DNA of 64,000 bases, taken from the NCBI GenBank assembly GCA_030324005.1, contig JARDVH010000042.1, forward strand, positions 123,617,028-123,681,027, given 5' to 3'. Position 1 is the first letter of the stretch, and the number at the start of each line of letters is the position of its first letter. The position numbers and the translations under genes are program-made. The notes below the pieces were generated by a model. It made no database searches. It had not been told where the DNA came from and was given only the letters and a program-made list of their open reading frames with translations. Of this stretch, positions 37,443 to 50,482 are shown one piece after another. The DNA is from Negaprion brevirostris. Its lineage: Eukaryota.

Positions 37443-37580
37443 GATTTGCTTTGATTTATTATTGTCACATGCATTAACAATCAGTGAAAAGTATCATTTC
37501 TTGCACGCTATGCAGGCAAAACATACTGTTCATAGAGAAGGAAATGAGAGAGTGCAGAACGTAGTGTTACAGTCATTGCT
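37443..37580 (-). mobile_element. Rex1/Babar-like LINE 3' UTR fragment
   Basis: Same sequence family as 24851 and 32779. Confidence 0.7.
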
Positions 37581-38269
37581 GGGAGGGAGAGAGTTTAAAA
37601 GAGTTAGAATGCAGTTTTAGAAGCATAAGACAAGAGTAAAATATAGAATGAAAAGATATGCTGGGCACAGCTTGCAAGAAGTCAGCTTACTCTGGCACCA
37701 TCTTGGATTTCTTGGAATCAGGGTAAACACAAACTAACTAAAACTTAGAAATGCACTGAAACAGTTTTCAGCCATCTTTCTTCACTTCAGATGGCTGGGT
37801 GACTGTTCATTTGCTCCTGTGTCAGGTCAATTGTCATTGTTCAGCTATAGCAGATAAAAGGTGGCAGGTTCCTCTGAAAGGTTCATGGTAGTTTCAGGGA
37901 AGACCAGCTGGATTCTGGGGGTTGAGGGGGTGTGGGGATAAGGGGTAAGGATTTTTGTCATTGAACTCCACAAATAATATCCACCGTTGTATTCTTTGAC
38001 AAGAGTTCCCTCACTGGAACAATAGTTTGCAAATTTGGTTCCCTATGCAAATATTAATGCATTTCTACAGAACCATAGTTAGAAGTCCTGAAAGACAATC
38101 TAAGCTACTTGAGAGAAAACTGCTATTGTTAAAAACTCTTTCATTAATATTATAAGCAGGAATAACTCATGAGTGTATTGGTCTGTGGAAGAATATGTTT
38201 GCTATGTCTGCAAAATGCAATGGTCAGTAGGAATGATTGATATTAGGGCAGTAGACAGTCAAAAATGAT

Positions 38270-38450
38270 TTGCAAGGAAATAAGGCTTTCACTTCTAGAA
38301 TAGTTCTCAATTGTAGGCTGTCCCAGAGTGTTTTACAACCAATAAAGTAATTTTGAAATTTCGTCACTGTTGTAATGTGGGAAATGCAGTAGTTAATTCT
38401 GCACAACAAGAACTACAATGTGACATTGGTCAGGTAATGTGTTGCAGCAT
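38270..38450 (-). mobile_element. Deu-SINE 3' fragment
   Basis: gtcccagagtgttttacaaccaataaagtaattttgaaatttcgtcactgttgtaatgtgggaaatgcagtagttaattctgcacaacaag. Confidence 0.6.
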
Positions 38451-40224
38451 TGTGGTTTCGGAAGTGAGTTCTAGAAGCAGCAGGGAATTACTAATCAAAT
38501 AACTTTTGGCTAGGAAGCAGAAAGTGAGCAGCCACCCAGAGTTGAGACACAAACTGGAATATAGGATTGGAGCAGCTTTCAACAAGAGAGTAAATCTCGC
38601 CCTCTTTCACCCAGCTGACTTTTACTTAAAGAGTGAGAACAGATGAGAAATGTCAATATTTTGCAACACAGTCTATTTTTGACAGAACTGAAACGAGCAA
38701 CATTGAGCAATATATTTTACAGAATAAATTAATTGCTACAAAGTGTATCTCTACCTGTATTTTTCTAGTTATTTATTGACTATTAGATTAGTGCAGAATG
38801 ATGTAACCATTTAATGAGCAGCAAGTTTCCTGTGAGGGACTATAATCTACAAACTTTTGCCCATTGTCTGTCTCTTGTTCCTCCTTCTGACTGACTACGG
38901 AAACTGGTGGTGATATTAAGCATAAGTAAAAATAAAATGAGCATTCTCTCCTCTAGCTGTCAGTGCTGTATGTAACCGTCATTGATGGGTGCCATGTGCA
39001 TATCTTTTACATTGTACAGTGCATTATTTTTATAAAACAAGTACACTGGTTTGAATTATTGTTTTGGTTTGCATTTGTGTTTATAAAGCGTCAAACCTTG
39101 ACCCTCACTACACATGTGCAACAAAGATGAACTTTCCAATAATCTCCCCTTTCTTTTGGAAAATTGACATTTCTTAAAAAGAATGAATCTTTCCATAGGA
39201 GTTGTGATTGGAGGACCCAAATATGAAATGGTGAATGATACCCCCTCTGCCTGTTGTCAACAATGTTATGGAAATTTAGATGAGAGAAATTCTGATCTTT
39301 TTTTTTTCTGCATGATGATTTTTGGGTTTCCTCGAGAATCACTTCATGAAACTCTGAGAGCGCCACATCGCAGTCTCCAGTCAGAGACACTGGAACACCC
39401 CCAACCATGAAAAATGATCCACCTTCTCCACTGAAGCGTTTTGTATAGAATACTTTGGTAGCGTATTCTGGGTTTTTCTGTGGTCTGAAACCTAGCAACC
39501 TGAGCCACTCTTGCAATGTTGGAGGTCTGGAGTTTATCTCAGTAGATTTTAAGCTGCTGGATGACATTGTGATATCACTACCCACGCCAACAGGTCAAAG
39601 GAGAACTCATGTCAAGTCCTATTAAAATTTTCAGTTATGTGACACTACGTAGGACCCAGACGCCTCACCTTTTGACCATTAACAGTTGATTGTGTCAAAG
39701 CTGTACCAGTTTTGTCCAGCTTCCATTAACATTGTGGGCAAGATATTAACTCACTTGAAACCCTTTGGATTGAAGTTAACATTGGGTCCTATCCATTACC
39801 GGGGAAGCATGTGGGACATGCCTTTCACATCTTGTAACGCAGTGATTGTCCATCACCTCTGATGGTTGTGTTAAAAAGGAATTTGCCATTTACATCTGAT
39901 GTATATAAATTATTTAGATGGCTTTGGGAACCACCTATTGAGAGCCATTCTGGAACCTGAAATAGGTCATCTGCTTCGTTCAGGCATCATATTCTACAAA
40001 TGGACATTGTTATCTTCACAGAATCCCAGAAATAAAATATTGTGCTGTTCTTTTAGAAATTTCAGTAGGTAATTTACCAAAGTAATAGATCACAGAAGGC
40101 CATTCAGCCCATTTTAATTTCCCTAAAACATTACAGATGTTCCTATCTCAAGTATTTATCCAGTTTGTTTTGAAAATTACTATTGAATCTGCTTCCACTG
40201 CCTTTTCCACAGGGCACTTGATTA

Positions 40225-41250
40225 TGACGAGATATTAAATTTGGTGCAGGCAGAGGGCATCTGAGGTTTGCATATATCTTTGAAGGTAACAAGACAATGA
40301 GAAAACAATTATAAAAACATCACTTGAGAAAAGACAAATACTGCCGAAGCTTTTACTCATCAGGATGAGTTTGTAATGATACTAAATCTCAAAGGGAACA
40401 GCAATTTATCCTGCATGTGAAAAGGGTGGTGATGTGTTGGCAAGTGGACTTCAGTTGGTGGATGTGTTGCCATAGAGAATGGACGAGGAAATAGCTAACT
40501 GCCACGTTTATGTTTAGATTCAAACCAAATCAGCTCTGGTCAAGGCAATGGCTGTTCCCTGAAGATTATTGTTCCCTTTGAGATTTGGTATTATTGTATG
40601 TGCTGATGAGTGCAAGATGAAATACTTTGTGAGCACGTCTTTTTTTCAGCAATAAAGTTCTGTAATACCAAACATCTATTTGTTGTAAAAATACATGGTT
40701 GCTTGGCTTCATTATGGAGATCTGAAGCTCAAAAACAAAGAAGGTATACTAAATCTTTATAAATCACTGGTTGCGTCTCAGATGGAATATTCGGACAACC
40801 ACACTTTGGCAAGGTTGACAAGACCTTACAAAGGTGCTTACTAGAATGGTGCCAGGAATTAGGGATTTTATTTATGTGGTGAGATTGGAGAAGCTGTGGT
40901 TATTCTTAGAACAGAGAATGTAAAGGGTGGAGTTGACAGATGTGTTCAAAATTGTAAAAAATTCAGAGAAGCTGTTTTCAGTGACTAGGAGAGCAAGTAA
41001 TCAAGGGCACAAATGTTAGGATTCGACAACAGATCACAGTGGAGATGAGGAAAAATAGTGATTTATTATTGTCTGGAATGCATTGCCTGAAAGGATGATG
41101 GGTGAAGACTTAACGAGAACTTCCAAAGAATCGGATTGGAAATCAAAGATAGAAAATTTGCAGGACTATGGGGGAAAGAGCAGGAGAGTGAATCTATTCA
41201 GATAATATTTACAGGAAGCTGGCATGATGGGCTAAATGGCTGCTTCCTGT
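40225..41250 (+). mobile_element. Old CR1 LINE 3' region, interrupted by the family C palindrome
   Basis: Decayed LYKSLV...EY, LEKL.LF.LEQR, WNALPER motifs and gatgggctaaatggctgcttcctgtg tail; collinear across the 40325-40685 insertion. Confidence 0.7.
40325..40685. mobile_element. Family C hammerhead-bearing inverted-repeat element (about 360 bp)
   Basis: Arms actcatcag...atactaaatctcaaagggaacagcaat / attattgttccctttgagatttggtat...gCTGATGAgtgcaagatGAAA (core 40603-40622) with a spacer of about 160 bp. Confidence 0.7.
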
Positions 41251-43572
41251 GTATTTCCAGCATTTACTGAAAGGATCTCCATATTGCAGTAGAATGTGGG
41301 TGACAAGTCAATGAGCGAATCCAATAAGCATTCTTTAGGTTGATGTTTTGAAGCAGTACTGTTTCTTGGATTTGGGTTTTACTGTTCACTGGTCTGTAAA
41401 GAAATTTCTCTTAAAGGAAAATCTAAAACATTGCTGTCATCCATGTGAATAGAACTAAGTTACTTTCTAACTGATGCTCTGGGAGCCTGATGTAGATCTG
41501 TGTTAGCCACACAAGGAAATAAGTGATTTGTGAAAGGAAGATAAGTTAGTTTAAACATTTCATTCATCCATACCAATTCTTTAGGATTATCTTGATCCCT
41601 TGAACTCGGTTAATAAGATACAGTTTAACCTTGGTTTGGAGTGTGCCTAGGTAAACATCCTTTTCCTGCAGTTGGCTGGGGAAAAGTGACACTCTACCAG
41701 GCTAGGTGACTTCCCACACAGGCCTGTAATTTTACTTACTACATACCTGTTTTTTAATCTCAACGCATCCATATGGCAAGTGGGGTCCATCATTCATTGC
41801 ATACTAAAATTGCTACTTCGCAGGCTTTCAGAGTACAAACGAGAACTGGTTAACTCACTGAATAATTAAAATTCGAGTCTGCTTGTTGTAGGACTCTCTT
41901 GTGATATTGGACTTCCAGTGCCTGGTTTGTGACCAACTTGCCCAGTAACCCATGCACTATTGAGCAGGAAGGACACTGCAACAGCTCAAAATGCTTCTCT
42001 GTTACATACAGGTTAGTTGATAGTTTGTCATTTGAGGTTGCTGGTCAATTGTTTGGCATTTTCTGATCTTTTTCTGCCCCAGTGAAAAGAGTCATTCTGA
42101 GCTGAAACGATCTGAGCTGCCTTCTAAACAGTTTACTGCAATTATATGTAATTGACTGGAGGAGGAGCAGCAAGAAACAAATGAGCAAACAGGANNNNNN
42201 NNNNGCTGAAGTCGGGAGCGCTACACAGGAGGCTTTCCCCGAAGTGACTCTACAGGGAACATGAACATCTTGAAGGAACAATGCCTCCGATGCTTCCACT
42301 TCATCAAGGAGGCCATCACTATTTAGCCTGCCACAGTCACAACCTAAGTCTTGGGGAAGAGCATGGTTGGCGGCTGTCAAGGTTGCTGTGGTCTTTAACT
42401 TTTATGTTACAGGTCAAGACAGATGATATTAGCAACATCTTCCCATTCATAGTTTATCATCGCGATAGGTGTAAATGTTCAATGGTTCAGTTGCTTTGAT
42501 GAGGAAAGTCTGGTAACGGAACAATGCTCCATGTTTAATTGGTTAAATCTGGGTGTGGACTCAGAGAAAAGTAAACAGACACAAAGGCTGTTAAAACTGA
42601 ACTGAAACATGGAGTCAACATTTTAAAGCATCATATAAAAATATAAATCTCCTGCATTCTTTAAAACTAGTGTCATCTCTACATTATTCTAAGGAATCTC
42701 AAATATGTGAAATATACAACATTAGGTATGACTCCTTTTACCAAAAGGAACATGTAAATATCTTATCCCACAGCCAAAGCAAATCAGGATGAGAGAGTGT
42801 TAGGCTTTTTCCCCAAGGTCTATGGTTCTCTCAACAGCAACATTTACGTTACTTGAACCTGGCACCCTTCTCAATAGTAAGTGATTGCATTCCCTCAAAT
42901 GTTCAGCTGGTTTGTGGCTACACATCATGCAGTTTTGTGCCTGATTTGCTGGCAGCTGTCATGGTTCATTCATCCCACAAACTCTCTGCTTATTTAATTT
43001 GATATTGGACAGTATGGATAGAGTAAGATGCTCAGACCACAAGTGGGAGTAAACCCAACATCTGTATCCAAGTGAATAACTAATGGAAACACCAAATGTT
43101 AGCAAACCATAATCCCAATTTTAGAAAATCAGTGTGACTGATTCCTTCTCTTAAAGCTGTCTTGTTGGCTCAATTTCGTTCCACAAAGTAGGTCATTTTG
43201 TACCGCAAATTCATTCTATTTTTGCAACTGTTGCAATAGCTCAATGTTTATGGGCAGCAGAAAGCGGATGTTATCATCTTCGTCGAGGTCAGATTCACTA
43301 AATCGTCTTCTATAATTTTAGAAATTTGCCCTAATGAAATTGAATTTTTGATGCTGAAAGTTATTTTGCGAACAGGTTGCTTGAGAAAGGCAAGTTGTCA
43401 CAGGCTGAAGACTGAACAATACTTAGCAGCACATCCAGGGAAACATGCACAATTCCTATCATTCAAAATGTGTGTTAAAAACTGATGATATTTAAAGGCA
43501 AAAAATGTTCCACATTGAAATTAAACCTTTTTTACTGGAGTCCACACAAATATTGGCGTTGGTGTTTTATAG

Positions 43573-43764
<192 letters not shown>

Positions 43765-44780
43765 TAAATCATATGGGTCACTCTGTAGGAAAAATTCAGT
43801 GCTTTCCCCTAACCTGTTTGTTTGATATTAAAAATGTACTTTTATGCTCAACCTAACTGAAAGCTCAGCCTTTCACAAACACACCAAAGGCACACTGTGT
43901 ATTTTATGATCAAGCTATAACCTATCCCACTAGCAGATTTTTAGTCAAGATTGTGAGTAGCTAGAATTTTCAGTAAGGTATAGCAAGCACTTGCAGCCCT
44001 CCAAATTGTATTCGTTTATTGTACTGTGTAATAGGCTGATTGCAAAATAAATAACGCATAATGTGACTGGTTACAGTCAGTATGCAGGTAAGGGCCAGCT
44101 AACTGCTGCTCTGTTACAGTACATTGATGTGACCATGTATTCTCTGGCAATCAACTTCTCTGACAGTGTATAAAGCTTAACATACTTAATGCAATGTAAA
44201 GTGATACTTTCAAGTTGCCTTGAATGTCCTCAGCAATAAGCTGCTTTTCCATGTTGATTAAATGTGTCTACTTGTTCCCTTAGCATTTAATGAAACCAAG
44301 AGTTATCAACTGCCTCCTTCATTGCTGATGAATGGAGATTACTTAATTTTACTTCAGTGAAGACTGACTAATAGTGGATCCACAATTGGCTGATTTCTGC
44401 TTTAAGTCATTCACGGTAGCAATCTGACAACTTGTATTTTTCAGAATTTTATATGTTATAAAAAAGAGTAATTCTGAACTTTTCAGTTTTGAAAATACCT
44501 TAACAAGCTCCAAACATAGTGTAATGGCAGTGAACTGTGTTTGTCTTGAAGCTTCAGTGATGTACAAAATCACAATCCTTTGCATAGAGAAATTTGAAAC
44601 CTTTTTTATAATGAATATCAAACTATGTTTTGTGTACATTTGTCAATGACTTTTGTTTCTCTTGCCAACTGGTGGACTTGCAGCTAAACAGCATGTGGCT
44701 TGGATGGGTGTGGCAGTCCTGTAGATGCAGGAAAAGATAGAATGGATGTTAGTGAAATGTGAAAATTCATTGTGAATTGG

Positions 44781-45140
44781 CGAGATGGTGGCATTGTGGT
44801 AAAGTCTGATGTCTAGTAATTCAGAGGTCCAGGCTAATGTTTTGGGAGATGGGTTCAAATCACACCACAGCAGCTGAATAAGTCTGGAATATAAAGCTGG
44901 TCTCCATAATTGTGACTATAATAACTGATTGTTGTAGTCGATTGTTGTAAAAATCTATCTGGTTCACTAATGTCCTTTAGGGAAGGAAATCTGCCGTCAT
45001 TACCCAGTCTACCATACGTGTGATTCCAGATCCACAGCAATGTGGTTGACTCTCAACTGCTGTTTGAAATGGTCTCAGTTCAAGGCTACTTGGGGATGGG
45101 CAATGATGATCTTACCAGTCCCATGAAAAAAATAATAAAA
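44781..45140 (+). mobile_element. tRNA-derived SINE (non-HE1) with a tail shared with CR1 family 2
   Basis: A-box ggtggcattgtgg, B-box gggttcaaatc, body ctggttcactaatgtcctttagggaaggaaatctgcc, tail ggggatgggcaatgatg...cccatgaaaaaa. Confidence 0.75.
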
Positions 45141-45504
45141 ATGTAAGGTAACAGTTGTTATTTTAGGCAGAGTTTACATAAAATATAGCACTGAATCACC
45201 ATCCAGCATTCTGCAAATGAATTTGTCCCTTATCTAATTGATCATAGGAAATCATGTATATGGCATGTCAGGCTATCCATGTCCTTGTCTCTGTCTATAA
45301 AAAGTAGTCAGAATGCAGAATCATCAGCTAATTTCCCTCCAGATGTGTTTTGAGTCCTCAGTTCTTAATACAATTCTGAATTACCCAGAAGCTTTGGGGA
45401 GCCTATAGTTCCCTGTTGCTTTCTCTGTGGCAACATCTCAGGCAATTGGAATGACATCATCCAGTCGGCATTCTTTAGCCCTGTAGGATAATAATTGATT
45501 GAAA

Positions 45505-45600
45505 TTTAGTTTTCTTGTGTTTTTCCTGATGAGGCAAGATGAAAAGCTTCAGCAACATGTCTCACTTTTCAGCAGAATTTAAGATCTGTATTACTAAGTG
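45505..45600 (+). mobile_element. Family C hammerhead-bearing terminus (single arm)
   Basis: CTGATGA (45526-45532) ggcaagat GAAAAGCTTC (45541-45550), then ttttcagcag...tctgtattac as in 40640-40670. Confidence 0.65.
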
Positions 45601-45739
45601 CCTGCTCGCTTTTTGGTGTTTTTGACTAGGCTGTACTTGGGTTTCCTACAAAGTCATATCAGTCAACATGTTACTTCAGAAAGACTATGAACAGAAACAG
45701 ACAATGTACGCTACCTCATTTTGCAACGTACGGTTCCAT

Positions 45740-46710
45740 TTCAAACACTTCCCTTGCTTGTCACCTCGGTCTATATTTCACGTGATGTACTGACCACCAA
45801 TCTTTACAAGCTCTCAACTATCTTGATTAAAGCTCCTTCACACCCTGCTTCCTGTCAGGATTCCATCACATTCTCCGTCATCTGTTTCAATGATGCTACC
45901 TTTGAAAATGGTGCTTCTGACATGTCTGACATTTTCCTTAACTCACCCTGATGACTCGTCCCCTTTCCACAACACCTTCCTTTGCAATCGCAGAAAATGC
46001 AGAGCCTGCCCCTTTACCTCCATGCTCCTCACTGTCCAAGGCCACACACACTTCTTTCAGGTGAAGCAACATTTCACTTGTATCTCTTTCAATTTGGTCT
46101 ACTGTTTTAGCTGTTCCCTATGTGATCTTCTTTACACTGAGAAGAATAAATGCAGACTGTGTGACTGCCTTGTTAAACACCTTTGCTTGGCCCACAATCG
46201 TAACCCCGACTTTCCTTGCCATTTCAATTCAGCACCTTACTCTCATGCCCAAGTGTCTGTCTTTGGCCTGCTGTAATGTTCCAGTGAAGCCAAACGCAAA
46301 ATGGAGGAACAACATCTCATCTGGTTAGGCACGTTATAGCTCCCAGGATTCAACAACTTTACACTGGGACCATTCTCCTCTATCCTGACCCTTTTATTAT
46401 AAAATATATTTTTTGTTCCAATGCAAACTCACCACCCACCATCAAAACCAGGCCATCTGTCACATATTCTTTAGTTTTGTTTTCACTGAGCGCTGACCTT
46501 ATCCTCCCATTAACACAATCTGATATCTTTATGCAAACACTAGCACCATCTTCTACCATTAGCCCTTCCTCTGTCTCATGATCTATATATCTTTGTTGTG
46601 ATCTCGCCTAGCTCCCAACAATCACTTACCTTCTATTCCTCCAGCTGCTTGACTCTCTCTTACATGGTATAAAATTGCCTTTCTCCTTCTCTTTAACTCT
46701 GAAGAAGTCC
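45740..46710 (+). mobile_element. Penelope-like element fossil (RT C-terminus, Cys-rich linker, GIY-YIG endonuclease, 3' terminal repeat)
   Basis: SSHPASCQDSI...F; CNRRKCRACPF...FQVKQHFTCISFNLVYCFSCSLCDLLYTE (decayed VY...CxxC...LYIGE); terminus ends at ctctgaagaagtc. Confidence 0.85.
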
Positions 46711-46852
46711 ATAAAACCACAAGACATTGGAGCACAGTTAGGCCACTTGGCCCATCAAGTCTGCTCCGCCATGTAATGATGGCTGATATTTTTCTCATCC
46801 CCATTCTCCTGTCTTTTCCCCATAACCACTGATCCCCTAATTAATCAAGAAA
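46711..46852 (-). mobile_element. CR1 LINE 3' tail
   Basis: agacattggagcacagttaggccacttggcccatcaagtctgctccgcc...ccccataaccactgatcccc. Confidence 0.75.
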
Positions 46853-47286
46853 CACCAAGGGTGTGAACGACCAGCTTATGACATTATAGCTTCCGCTACA
46901 GAACAGAAGTCAAGCCATCCTGATCGGCGCCTATGCCCCCACAATGAACAACCCGGACGAGATGAAAGACAAGTTCTACTAAGAATTTGATGCCCCACTA
47001 TCAGCAATGGGCAGTATCGACAAGCTGAGCTTGCTTGGCAATTTCAATGCAAGAGTAGGGTGTGACTCTGCAATCTGGCAGGGAGTCATTGGGAAGCATG
47101 GAATGGCAAGTGTAACAGTAATGGCCTACTCTTAATGAAGACCTGTGCAGCACATGACCTCCTCATCACCAACACAACCTTCTGTCTGCCTATCCGGAAC
47201 AAAACCTCGTGGATGCACCCCCGCTCTAAGCATTGGCATCTTATCAACTATGTCATTGTCAGGAGAAAAGACAGGCAGGATGTCAG
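46853..47286 (+). mobile_element. RTE-clade LINE fragment (AP-endonuclease domain)
   Basis: PKGVND.LM...LIGAYAPTMNNPDEMKDKFY...LLGNFNARVG...DLLITNTTFCLPIRNKTSWMHPRSKHWHLINYVIVRRKDRQDV. Confidence 0.88.
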
Positions 47287-47391
47287 NNNNNNNNNNNNNN
47301 NNNNNNNNNNNNNNNNNNNNNNNNNNNNNNNNNNNNNNNNNNNNNNNNNNNNNNNNNNNNNNNNNNNNNNNNNNNNNNNNNNNNNNGGGGA

Positions 47392-47711
47392 TATCATAGA
47401 ATCTCTACAGTGCAGAAGGAGACCATTCAGCCCATCGAACCTGCACTGACCACAATCCCACCCAGGTTCTATCCCTGTAAGCCCATGTATTTAACCTTGC
47501 TAATCTGCCAGACATTAAGGAGCAATTTAACATGGCCAGTCCACCTAATCAGCTCGTCTTTGGACTGTGGATGGAAACCAGAGCACCCGAAGGAGACCCA
47601 GGCAGATATGGGGAGAACATGCAAACTCCACACAGACAGTGACCCGAGGCCGGAGTTGAACCCTGGTCCCTGACGCTGTGAGGCAGCAGTGCTAACCACT
47701 GTGCCACCACG
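47392..47711 (-). mobile_element. HE1-type V-SINE, full length
   Basis: Reverse strand gtggtggcacagtggttagcactgctgcctcacagcgtcagggaccagggttcaactcc... Confidence 0.9.
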
Positions 47712-49620
47712 ATGGCCTGACTCCATCCCATCACCACCACGCATGCACATGTAATTTGCTATACCTGGGGTCTTTTTTTCCACACTGTGTGTAATGGCAT
47801 ATTAGCCTTGCTGAATTTGACAAAATCAGCTCATTTTATTGGTCGCATGTATCCCTGCCTCATTTTCCTCAACACACAGTACGATGAATGAAAAGAAAGC
47901 AGGAAATTTGTAGAATAGCAGCTCATAAATGTCACTTTCTGAAACCCTTAGTGTTTCTTCTAGTTGTGTGGACCAGCAGGCATGCAAAGATCCCAGGATA
48001 GAGTCTGAGCTAATCCCTTGATGAACACATTGCTTTATTTGGAAAGGTTCGACAAAAGAGGTTAGCAAACTGTGATGTAGAAAGGAAATCCTCATGTGGA
48101 GGTGCTCGTGAATAAGCAGGGAGCGAGACAATGAGCAGAGGAAGTGCTACATCTCACGTTGATAGGTTATGGAAATGGATTCTCATGCCAATACTGAATA
48201 AGACAACAGAAGCTATGAAATCTCCTCCCATGAGCCCTGTGTATACAATCTTTAAAAATTATGTAGTATTTACATAGATCCTTTTGCAGAGAAATGAGCC
48301 TTTCTACTCACCTGGTTTATGCCAGTGTTTATGTTCCACATGAGCTACCTCGAATCTTGGCTCTTCTATTCCCATCAGCCTCATTCTTACCTGAATCTGG
48401 GGCTCCAATTTACACATGGCTGTAACTCCTTGCTTGCAGAGACAAGGGGATTGCTTGGAAAGGACCTAGTGTTGGGCTTCATCTTCCTTTGTGGAGACAA
48501 GAAGTAGTGATTCCAAAGAGCACAGCAGCACGGGATGAAACCTGTCCACCAGGCTGATGCACAGCTAATGTGATGCAATTGGCTCACTGTGAGAACTGAA
48601 GTGGCATACAGTGGGCAGGCAAAGTGTATGAGCCAAACTCTGGAAGTTGCAAAAGGCGAGATATGTCCTGGCATCTGACGTCCCCATTGTAGAATACCAA
48701 GCTGCCACCAGATTTAATTCTACCGTGGAATTTGCACTGAGGAACAGTAGCATGGGTAAAGCAATACAATCTGCATTGTTGCCAAGTAGGTACACAGATG
48801 GAAATAAATATTAATTGTACATGTATATAAAGAGATGGTTGATGAGTAAAAATGGTTGCATGTTATTTGCAATGTAGTGATAAGATTTATATCCTCAGGA
48901 ATGTTTTAGTGTCCGAGCAGTGAGGTGATGCAATCAGATTTGGCAGAACATGTTGCTCATCAGGCAACTTTACTGAGAAAATAACCATTGGATCATTCAT
49001 CTGGGGCACATTTGCAGAGTTGTGTAAAAGTCTTGTCAACAGTGATTGATGTAACAGTCTCCCTGGCTGCAGGTTTCCTTCAAACATTTCTTCTTCCTGT
49101 AGCAGGTTGGCAGGAAAGTAGTTTGCAGCTGGCAATGGGCTGTGTTCTGTATCTTTGCAGGTTGCTGTTTATTATCAGCCAGATCCAGTGCTGCCAATGG
49201 AACCCTTCCTCTTCCAAGGTTCCTAGAAGAAGCTCCTCTTGTACCCACTACACAAATAGTACTGTCTATATCTTTCCACTTTCTATCAGAAAACCACTTC
49301 ACAAACAATATTCAACTATAATTTTATTCCCAAAACATTCTGTGCATCCCTGCTATTTTTTGTCTTTATACAGAGACCTGTTTGCAAGGCAAATTTTCAC
49401 ACACTACTACTGTTTTTGAAACTCTATTCAGTCTATATAGCAAAACACCAGAAGATTGATTGGGGGCTTCAACTCTTTCTACATGACAGAAACCAGGCAG
49501 GTAAAAGCAAGTGGTTCTGTTTGCTGCTCTGTTCTTACCCCGCAACAAGTTTAATCCAGTTATTTTCAGCAGCTGCTGAGGGGTCCAACTAAGCGAAGGA
49601 AGAACTTCAATAGTATATGC

Positions 49621-49973
49621 TGTCAGAATCAACACAGGACCCCAGTGACACTTCAGTAGTGTACTGAGTGTTTCCTCAGAAGGAACTCTTCAAATGCAGG
49701 CAAAAACATATAACAAAACTTATTCCAACTTACAAATCAAAGACAGCGTTTAATAAAGAAACTTCATAACAGCAAATGTGGGGCCTCGCCCTGGGCCAAT
49801 CCAAGCTTACCACAATTCCCAACAGGTTCTTATTTATAGTGAGTCAGCTGGTCACTGACCATCACATCATTCTATAATTGGTTCCATGGTTTACTGGGTC
49901 AGCTGACCCTTATAGCTTATTACTATTGGTTACATTACATCCAATACAAATTTGTACCAGTTACATTCTAACA
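49621..49973 (-). mobile_element. Candidate solo LTR (353 bp)
   Basis: Ends TGTCAGAAT / ATTCTAACA (8 of 9 inverted); on the - strand CCAAT boxes precede CTATAAATAA; no TSD. Confidence 0.45.
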
Positions 49974-50159
49974 CAGAGTAGAAACAGAGGCCCTATCGNN
50001 NNNNNNNNNNNNNNNNAGCAGGGGTGCCAAAGAAATTCTGGGCCTCAGATGGCCTATATTTCCCTCATCCCTTCTGAATCCTTCCTGACTGCAGTTAACT
50101 TGGTTATTGTACAAATGAACCTGCACCTTATTCCTGATGATCACTTTTTAAAAAATATA

Positions 50160-50465
50160 TCTATTCTTGGATTTGGGAATAGCTGCTGAGGGTTGCCTAA
50201 CTTTAGTTGCCCTGAGATGACATTTTAGTACAATATAATGGCTAGCTAAGGCACCAGAGGGGCAAGTGAGAGCCAAGCACATGAAGGCCAGTCTGGGCTA
50301 GGATGATAGATTTTCTTTGCTAAAGGTTGTTATCAAGCAGTTGGGTTTTTCCAGCAATCTGATTTATTTCATGGTCACTTTTTTTTATCTCACTGATACT
50401 AGCTCTTTTTCTTTTAAAACTGAATTCAAATTTTCAACATACCATGGTGAGATTTGAAATCATGC
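50160..50465 (-). mobile_element. Degenerate SINE of the 44781 family
   Basis: ccagtctgggctaggatgatagattttctttgctaaagg...gaattcaaattttcaacataccatggtgagatttgaa. Confidence 0.5.
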
Positions 50466-50482
50466 ACCATCTCTTTGACCTA

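Noticed and set aside
39091-39585. 164-aa - strand ORF, the longest ORF in the track that does not span a gap
   Set aside because: Non-ATG start, no recognisable domain and no convincing splice context; the region may be an old unclassified transposon remnant
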